Below, one piece after another: positions 26,778 to 33,146 of a stretch of 33,146 nt of DNA. Both the position numbers and the translations under genes were made by a program. Where the stretch lies: sequence record SRR2962707_3789; one strand, given 5' to 3'. The notes under the pieces are model-generated. The model was given only the letters and a program-made list of their open reading frames with translations. It did not search any database and was not told where the DNA came from. Position 1 is the stretch's first letter; each line of letters starts with the position of its first letter.

Positions 26778-28286
26778 ATGTTTGTTGGAATGATCAATAG
26801 TACCCCGCTTAAAGCCAGATTATGGTCGGCAACTACTTTGCGTAAGCTTGTAGTTGCGGCTCCTATATTGCTGTCTGCCTGTGTGGGTCTTGGCGATCTA
26901 GCGGCGGACGGAACGCTTGCGCCTTCTGCAAATCCGATTATCGCTCAAAATGTCCGCTCTGGCCGGTTGGCGCGTATTGGCGCCGCGCAGCATCCGCGCA
27001 TTATCAGCGCTTATGGCGGTGAATATTCCAATGTCGCTGTTGAGCGCACTGTTGCGAGCATTGTCGGCAAATTGGTCACAGTTTCGGACAATCCATCGCA
27101 GGTTTATCAAATCACGATTTTGGATTCGCCGGTCGTCAACGCTTTCGCGTTGCCAGGTGGCTATCTTTATGTATCGCGCGGTCTGCTGGCGCTCGCCAAT
27201 GATTCAGCGGAAGTTGCTGCCGTGATTGCCCATGAGATGGGCCATGTGACGGCTAATCACGGCGTTCTTCGGCAGAAGAAAGAGGCTGAAGAGGTGCTTG
27301 CGCGCCGTGTGGTAACCGATGTGCTGCGTGACAAGGAAGCGGGCAAGCGCGCGCTGACGCGCGGCCGTGTTGAGTTGGCGCAGTTTTCAAGAAACCAAGA
27401 GCTAGAGGCCGATGCCATCGGTATTCAATCCATTGGCGAAGCTGGATTCGACCCCTATGCGGCTGCGGACTTTCAAACGCGCATGTCTGAATACAACGCT
27501 TATCGGAGCGAGTGGAGCAAGAACGATGTCGGCATGGACTTCCTGTCGTCGCACCCTTCTACGCCGCAACGTGTCGCCTTAGCTGAAGGACTTGCCCGCA
27601 AGTTTGGCGCGCGCGGCGATGGTTATCGCGGTCATGATGAATATTTGCGCGGCATCGATGGTATGCTCTTTGGCGATGATGTTGATGAAGGCTTCGTGCG
27701 CGGTCAACATTACTCGCATGTTCGCCTTGGCATTACGCTGACTTTCCCAGAAGGCTTTGATGTTGAAAACAAGGCCGATGCGGTTCTTGCAGGGCGAGCG
27801 AGCGATGGTTCTGCGGTTCGTTTTGATGGCGCTGATGTGCCCAAAACAACGGACCTGACTGAATATATGGCCAGCGGATGGGTTGAAGGTCTTTTCATCA
27901 ACACGGTTCGGGCGATTAAAGTAAATGGCTTAGATGCGGCTACGGCCCGCGCCAGCATTGATAAATGGGATTTCGATGTCACTGCTGTTCGCGCCAATGG
28001 CAGTGTCTACCGCATATTGACGGCGGTGCCTAAAGGGTCGCCAGATCTCGCGGTCATTGCCGATCAAGTACGCAATAGTTTTCGCTTGCTGACTGCGGCC
28101 GAAAAATCAGAACTTAAGGCGCTTAAAGTGCATATTGTGACGGCATCAAAAACAGATACGCTTGCGACATTGGTTGCCAAAATGGGTGATGTTAAGGATC
28201 CACAGCGTCTGTTTAAAACGCTCAATGGTCTTGAAGATGGTGCGCAAGTTCGCTCTGGCGGGCTTTATAAAGTCATTTCGCAGTAA
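26778..28286 (+). CDS. M48 family zinc metalloprotease, probable lipoprotein with LysM-like C-terminus
   Basis: Lipobox LSA|C, NAFALPGG, HEMGH, ELEAD and SSHP motifs. C-terminal DTLATL…LNGL. The start could be 26790. Confidence 0.9.
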   Translation: MFVGMINSTPLKARLWSATTLRKLVVAAPILLSACVGLGDLAADGTLAPSANPIIAQNVRSGRLARIGAAQHPRIISAYGGEYSNVAVERTVASIVGKLVTVSDNPSQVYQITILDSPVVNAFALPGGYLYVSRGLLALANDSAEVAAVIAHEMGHVTANHGVLRQKKEAEEVLARRVVTDVLRDKEAGKRALTRGRVELAQFSRNQELEADAIGIQSIGEAGFDPYAAADFQTRMSEYNAYRSEWSKNDVGMDFLSSHPSTPQRVALAEGLARKFGARGDGYRGHDEYLRGIDGMLFGDDVDEGFVRGQHYSHVRLGITLTFPEGFDVENKADAVLAGRASDGSAVRFDGADVPKTTDLTEYMASGWVEGLFINTVRAIKVNGLDAATARASIDKWDFDVTAVRANGSVYRILTAVPKGSPDLAVIADQVRNSFRLLTAAEKSELKALKVHIVTASKTDTLATLVAKMGDVKDPQRLFKTLNGLEDGAQVRSGGLYKVISQ

Positions 28287-28297
28287 AATTTAGATAC

Positions 28298-28330
28298 AAA
28301 AAAGCCCGACAGCAGAACTATCGGGCTTTT
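28298..28330. terminator. Bidirectional intrinsic terminator between the M48 protease gene and carD
   Basis: AAAAAAGCCCGA…TCGGGCTTTT stem with A/T runs on both sides. Confidence 0.85.
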
Positions 28331-28351
28331 GATTGGGTTGTTAAACCTTAA

Positions 28352-28933
28352 TTACGCTGCTTTTTCAGCAGTTTCGCTTTCGGCTTCTTCGCCTTCAGCT
28401 TTTGCACCACGACGTGGGCCTTTATTCAGGTTGCTTTCGATCAAGCGAACAGCTTCCGTATCTGTGATTTTCTTAACCGCAGTGATTTCACGGGCCATAC
28501 GATCAAGCGCTTGTTCGTAAAGCTGACGCTCAGAATAAGACTGCTCAGGCTGGTTGTCCGCACGGTAAAGGTCGCGCACGACCTCAGCGATTGAAATTAG
28601 ATCGCCAGAGTTGATCTTTGCATCATATTCTTGAGCGCGACGTGACCACATGGTGCGTTTAACGCGGGCGCGGCCTTGTGTTACTTTAAGTGCACGATCG
28701 ACGAAGTCTGAGTCAGAAAGTTTGCGCATACCGATTGCAAGGGCTTTAGCCACAGGCACTTTGAGGCGCATTTTGTCTTTTTGGAATTCGATAACGAATA
28801 GTTCCAATGAGTGACCAGCAACTTCTTGCTCTTCAATGACAGTGATCTGTCCAACGCCATGCGCAGGATAGACAATGAACTCACCTGTTTTGAAACCTTG
28901 ACGCTGAGACGATTTTTTAGGCGCAGTTGCCAT
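28352..28933 (-). CDS. carD: CarD/CdnL family RNA-polymerase-binding transcription factor
   Basis: IVYPAHGVGQI, WSRRAQEY (conserved Trp), INSGD…AEVVRDL and SYSERQLYE motifs. GGGGAG RBS. Confidence 0.95.
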   Translation of the reverse strand: MATAPKKSSQRQGFKTGEFIVYPAHGVGQITVIEEQEVAGHSLELFVIEFQKDKMRLKVPVAKALAIGMRKLSDSDFVDRALKVTQGRARVKRTMWSRRAQEYDAKINSGDLISIAEVVRDLYRADNQPEQSYSERQLYEQALDRMAREITAVKKITDTEAVRLIESNLNKGPRRGAKAEGEEAESETAEKAA

Positions 28934-29138
28934 TTTCTATACTCCCCATCCGACAATATAGTCGGATAATTGGTTCAGCCGAAACTCTTTACATCTGTCG
29001 GTCGATGCAAATTTCAACACGAAAAAAGGCCTGATTCACGCGGCTTCCGCCTACCTGTTCCAGACCTCATGCATAACTTATCCAAAAATAGGATGAGAAA
29101 TTGTGTTTAAATTTGCTGATAATATCGACATTAAACTA

Positions 29139-29167
29139 TACATAACACAAAAAACCGCGTTTTTCAA
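29139..29167 (-). promoter_or_regulatory. Candidate sigma70 promoter for carD (implies a leader of about 200 nt)
   Basis: Minus strand TTGAAA-17 nt-TATGTA with TGT before the -10. Pattern match only. Confidence 0.35.
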
Positions 29168-29264
29168 CGGCTTGTGTCAAAATCGCATAATTACTGTCTC
29201 CGGCATCGTAACTAAGGTTAATGATGCCAGATAAATTTTGTTTGTAGCAGTTACCCGCTATCTG

Positions 29265-29603
29265 TTAATCGCCTTGGCCAGGTTCGGCAGAGAAATACTG
29301 CTCAAACTTATTTTCAACGCCGTCAAATTCTTTCGCATCAGCAGGCGCATCACGTTTAATGGTGATATTAGGCCATTTTTCTGCGTATTCGGTATTTAGT
29401 TTAAGCCACTTATCAAGACCTGGCTCCGTGTCCGGCTTAATCGCTTCTGCGGGACATTCTGGCTCGCATACGCCGCAATCAATACATTCGTCAGGGTGAA
29501 TGACGAGCATGTTTTCGCCTTCATAGAAGCAGTCTACGGGACATACTTCAACACAATCCATGTATTTGCACTTGATGCAGTTATCGGCGACGATATAAGT
29601 CAA
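29265..29603 (-). CDS. fdxA: 7Fe-type ferredoxin (FdxA, DUF3470 tail)
   Basis: [18 protein letters not shown] and [12 protein letters not shown] motifs. TTG start about 6 nt after GGAGAG. Confidence 0.96.
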   Translation of the reverse strand: MTYIVADNCIKCKYMDCVEVCPVDCFYEGENMLVIHPDECIDCGVCEPECPAEAIKPDTEPGLDKWLKLNTEYAEKWPNITIKRDAPADAKEFDGVENKFEQYFSAEPGQGD

Positions 29604-29706
29604 TGTACTCTCCAGATCGGCATTGTCGGGCTGTTGATTATGCCCAAAAGCCTAGGCTTGCAAGGGGCGGTTTTGTCACCTGATGTCGCAGCATGTTTGG
29701 CCTAAG

Positions 29707-30111
29707 TCAAATATTGCGCATTCGGTCCATTTCACGGCGTTGTTTTTTCGTCGGGCGGCCTGAACCGGTGTCCCTTTTTGCGATTTTCTGTTCAAAATCA
29801 GACAATGATTTTTCTTGCGGTGGTGGCGATAAATCTTCGTAAAGCGCCTGCGCCTCGGGCGCTGGACCCCGCCGTATGCCGCATTCTTTGATTTTGAGAA
29901 TTTTTACCGACCGTTCGAGCGAAATTGTCAGCACGTCATCCGGTTTTACATTTTGGCTGGGCTGATTGGTTTTTTCACCATTGATACGCACGTGACCCGC
30001 GCCGATAAATTTGCTGGCGAGGGTCCGTGATTTTACAATGCGTGCGAAGAAAAGCCATTTATCGAGGCGAATGCGAGAGGTAATTTGACCGGCCGCAATG
30101 GCTTCATTCAT
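29707..30111 (-). CDS. RNA-binding S4 domain protein, Hsp15/HslR-like
   Basis: RLDKWLFFARIVKSRTLA…GHVRING, RRGPAPEAQALYED and GRPTKKQRR motifs. Start overlaps the helicase stop. Confidence 0.92.
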   Translation of the reverse strand: MNEAIAAGQITSRIRLDKWLFFARIVKSRTLASKFIGAGHVRINGEKTNQPSQNVKPDDVLTISLERSVKILKIKECGIRRGPAPEAQALYEDLSPPPQEKSLSDFEQKIAKRDTGSGRPTKKQRREMDRMRNI

Positions 30112-33002
30112 TTTCTAAGCTGCTCCTTAAGCGCTTGAAGTTTTGCAAATGGGCTATCTGGATCAATCGGCTTTTCTTTACGCGGTGGTGCAGCTTGCAC
30201 TTTTTGCGGGCCGCGATTACCGCCCGGTTTGCCATCTGTTGGCTTGCCACGGCGTTTGCCTTTAAAATCAGCGGATGGTTTGCCGCCTTTGCGCTCAGCG
30301 CCTGCTTCTGGACGTTTGCCGCGATTAGGCGCACGCTCGAAGCGTTGCTGATGCCAGACAAGCACAGGTTTTGGCTCTTCTTTGGCATCTTCTGCCACGG
30401 GCTCTTGTGCAACGTCGGCAGCAGAGGCTTCGACGGTTAGCGCAGGTTCAGCGCTTTCAGGCGTTTCTGGGGTTTCAGCTTCAGATGCCTCAGCGTCGAC
30501 CTTAGCTGGTTCTGGTGCAGGCTGAAGGGCTGCGATTGTTTGCGCTGCTTTGCCCGCTTCTATGGCTTCATGGCGATAGCCCAAACCTTTGAGCACTTCT
30601 TCCATATCGGCTGCTGTCGCACCCAAGATAGACATCATGGCTGGCGTGACGACAAATTTGCCATCGCCGTAGGCACCTTCTGGCGCCGGTGTTCCAGCTT
30701 TCCACTGGACGCAAGGGCGAATGAGATCCGCCAAGCGTTCCAAAATATCCACACGCACAGCGCGCGGTCCAAGCAAGCGATAGCCGCTCAATGTATAGAA
30801 TTGTTTTTCAAACTTTTCGTCTGTGACCAAAGATGTGCGACCACTTGCGAGCAGTGTTGTGACTTCGCCGTAACCGTCTTTGTCTTTGCCATCATTTGAC
30901 AGGGCCCAAAGCAGCGTGAGCAATCCGGCAGGTGCTGGCTTTAGCAGTGCTGGCACGAAAATATGATAAAAGCCAAAGCGAACACCGTAGCGGCGCAACG
31001 CAGCGCGGCCATCTTGGTCCAATGATTTCATTTCTTCTGCAATGTCGCGGCGTTGCACGATACCGAAATGCTCGATCAGGCGGAACGCGATACCGCGCGC
31101 AATGCCAGACATTTCATCGGCTTTTTGCAGATCGATCAATGGCTTGAGATTTGTCTCAATATGGTGAGCGACGAAGCGTTCAATACGCCCACGCACTTTT
31201 TCCAAATTAGGACCGCTTAATTGTTCATCAGCGAGCAGCACAACACGCGGCTTTAGCCAGTCATCGCCAGACGTCAGCGAAGCGATGGATGTGCCGAGCC
31301 AGCGCACGGTGCCGTCCGATGACAAAGCAAGGTCACCATTGGGGCAGGCGGCGAACCGTTCCACGCGTTTTTCAAACTCTCCGGCAAGGGCTTTTTGCGC
31401 CGTTGCGCGCACAGCTTTGGCGTCTTCGCCTTCAGCTGTTTTATCAGCCGTGAAGCGAAAGCCCTCTAGCTTGCCAACATGATGTCCTTCAACGGTGACA
31501 TCACCGCTTGTGCTGATTTCAGCATCCATTGCAATATTCTCTCTTAGTCGTCTCATAAGCACGCTTGTCCTGCGGTTAACGAAGCGTTTCGTCAACCTTT
31601 CGTGCAGCGCATCTGATAATTTGTCTTCTATTTGGCGTGTTTTTTCTTGCCAGTGTAGCGGATCTGCCAACCATTTGGGACGATTTGATACATAAGTCCA
31701 TGTTCTTATCTGGGCAATACGATGGGAAAGTGTGTCAATTTCGCCATCTGTACGGTCCGCGCGCCTTACCTGTTCTGCCATATAGTCTTCATTTACATGA
31801 CCATTTTGGATCAAATCAAAATAAATAGAAGAGATAATATCGGCATGTTGGGCAGGCGCAATCTTGCGATAATCGGGCAGTGAACAGGTTTCCCAAAGTG
31901 TTTCTACATCGCGAGCTGTCTTTGTCAGGTCCACAACAGCCATATCGCGGGACAGAAACTCAAGGGCGCGTTGGTCAACGGCGGGCAATGCGCGGGTCAG
32001 ACCCGGAATTTGCGGTGTGGCGTTGAGCGAGTGCTTTAAATCATCAATGGATGAGAAATCAAATTTACGCGTGCGCCATTGCAACACTTGAAGCGGTTCA
32101 AAGTCATGGCCTTCAATGCGCTCAACCAGTTCTTCGTCGAGCGGTGGCACTTGGCCTGAAACACCAAATGTTCCATCGCGCAGATGACGGCCTGCACGTC
32201 CAGCAATTTGCGCCATTTCAGCAGGGTTCAGATCGCGAAACTGGTGGCCATCAAATTTGCGCGTTTGGGCAAAGGCTACATGGTCAACATCCAAGTTTAG
32301 GCCCATGCCGATCGCATCGGTAGCGACAAGGTAATCGACTTCGCCATTTTGATAGAGTTCTACCTGCGCATTGCGGGTGCGCGGTGACAATGACCCCATG
32401 ACCACGGCAGCACCGCCGCGCTGGCGGCGGATCAGTTCGGCAATCGCGTACACTTCTTCCGCAGAAAAGGCGACGATGGCCGAGCGGCGTGGCAGGCGGG
32501 TAATCTTTTTTGATCCCGCATAGGCAAGGTGCGACATGCGCGGGCGCGTGGTGATGGATAGGCCTGGCAAAAGCCGCTGCAAAATGGGCGCTGCGGTGGC
32601 GGCCCCCAGTAACAATGTTTCTTCAATACCGCGCACATTTAAAATACGGTCCGTAAAAATATGCCCGCGCTCAAAATCGCCAGCCAATTGCACTTCGTCA
32701 ATGGCGACAAATTCAGCGCGCTGATCGCGGGGCATGGCTTCGACGGTGCATACGGAGTAACGCGCATTGGGCGGTACGATTTTTTCTTCGCCAGTGATCA
32801 GGGCGACATTTTCAACACCAACTTTGAGCACCACACGGCCATATACTTCGCGCGCAAGCAGGCGAAGCGGCAGGCCAATGATGCCGGTGCGAAATGTGCA
32901 CATGCGCTCAATAGCCAGATGGGTTTTGCCAGTATTGGTTGGCCCCAATATAGCTTGAACATCATATCCGGAAAATTTCACCGGTTGTGTAGTGCGGGGC
33001 AT
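30108..33002 (-). CDS. SUV3-like (MgpS-like) superfamily 2 helicase
   Basis: GPTNTGKT, PLRLLARE, CTVE, IDEVQL, ATDAIGMGLNL and QIAGRAGR motifs, characteristic of the SUV3 family. Confidence 0.92.
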   Translation of the reverse strand: MPRTTQPVKFSGYDVQAILGPTNTGKTHLAIERMCTFRTGIIGLPLRLLAREVYGRVVLKVGVENVALITGEEKIVPPNARYSVCTVEAMPRDQRAEFVAIDEVQLAGDFERGHIFTDRILNVRGIEETLLLGAATAAPILQRLLPGLSITTRPRMSHLAYAGSKKITRLPRRSAIVAFSAEEVYAIAELIRRQRGGAAVVMGSLSPRTRNAQVELYQNGEVDYLVATDAIGMGLNLDVDHVAFAQTRKFDGHQFRDLNPAEMAQIAGRAGRHLRDGTFGVSGQVPPLDEELVERIEGHDFEPLQVLQWRTRKFDFSSIDDLKHSLNATPQIPGLTRALPAVDQRALEFLSRDMAVVDLTKTARDVETLWETCSLPDYRKIAPAQHADIISSIYFDLIQNGHVNEDYMAEQVRRADRTDGEIDTLSHRIAQIRTWTYVSNRPKWLADPLHWQEKTRQIEDKLSDALHERLTKRFVNRRTSVLMRRLRENIAMDAEISTSGDVTVEGHHVGKLEGFRFTADKTAEGEDAKAVRATAQKALAGEFEKRVERFAACPNGDLALSSDGTVRWLGTSIASLTSGDDWLKPRVVLLADEQLSGPNLEKVRGRIERFVAHHIETNLKPLIDLQKADEMSGIARGIAFRLIEHFGIVQRRDIAEEMKSLDQDGRAALRRYGVRFGFYHIFVPALLKPAPAGLLTLLWALSNDGKDKDGYGEVTTLLASGRTSLVTDEKFEKQFYTLSGYRLLGPRAVRVDILERLADLIRPCVQWKAGTPAPEGAYGDGKFVVTPAMMSILGATAADMEEVLKGLGYRHEAIEAGKAAQTIAALQPAPEPAKVDAEASEAETPETPESAEPALTVEASAADVAQEPVAEDAKEEPKPVLVWHQQRFERAPNRGKRPEAGAERKGGKPSADFKGKRRGKPTDGKPGGNRGPQKVQAAPPRKEKPIDPDSPFAKLQALKEQLRK

Positions 33003-33120
33003 AGAATATCCGAGCTAGAATTTGGACCTCTAATAGCACGGATAGAAATGCAATAAAGGTTGTATTTTCGCAAATTTTGCACCCAGCCTACAACAGGAAA
33101 TGGGGTCTGGTTAACTTTTG

Positions 33121-33135
33121 GAACCATAGGGGAAC
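33121..33135 (-). promoter_or_regulatory. Putative alphaproteobacterial LexA (SOS) box
   Basis: GAAC-CATAGGG-GAAC (GTTC-N7-GTTC on the minus strand), about 120 nt upstream of the helicase start. Confidence 0.6.
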
Positions 33136-33146
33136 GAATCGCTGAC

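Noticed and set aside
28681..28956. 91-aa alternate-frame ORF overlapping the carD start
   Set aside because: It has a TTG start inside a hairpin, no RBS, and no protein-like features. It is a shadow of carD.
29202..29228. GGCATCG…TGATGCC hairpin downstream of fdxA as an intrinsic terminator
   Set aside because: There is no U-tract on the minus strand. It may be a stability hairpin but cannot be called.
1..33146. The many 60-150 aa antisense or alternate-frame ORFs in the ORF track
   Set aside because: They overlap well-supported genes and show no recognisable motifs.
1..33146. CRISPR arrays, tRNA/rRNA genes, IS elements, integrases, prophage or defence genes
   Set aside because: I saw no periodic repeats, cloverleafs, transposase or integrase motifs. 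Almost all sequence is accounted for by housekeeping genes and short spacers.

Overview
A gene-dense housekeeping segment of an alphaproteobacterial chromosome. Gene content and order are Rhizobiales/Hyphomicrobiales-like, which is an inference. From left to right: 3' end of acs; DUF1674/SdhAF4-like; rsmB-like methyltransferase; heparinase II/III-like; purH; MFS transporter; large NAD-glutamate dehydrogenase; a four-gene pdxY cluster; aqpZ; the carboxy(nor)spermidine decarboxylase/dehydrogenase pair; a Uup-like ABC-F ATPase; a small glycine-zipper lipoprotein; thiN divergent from a TPP-riboswitch-controlled thiBPQ; a class D beta-lactamase; an AstE/AspA-family hydrolase; an M48 lipoprotein protease; carD; fdxA; and an Hsp15-like S4 protein coupled to a SUV3-like helicase. 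I found no tRNA, rRNA, IS element, integrase or CRISPR array. The most notable items are small-scale. (1) aqpZ is knocked out of frame by an A8 run just after its start codon. (2) A chain of ATGA-overlapped uORFs (4 aa, then 34 aa) with hairpins leads into the polyamine operon. (3) A perfect alphaproteobacterial LexA-type box lies upstream of the SUV3-like helicase/Hsp15 pair. (4) carD has a long structured leader with a terminator-like element. (5) The blaOXA gene is stand-alone. All product calls come from motif recognition by eye, with no database searches.
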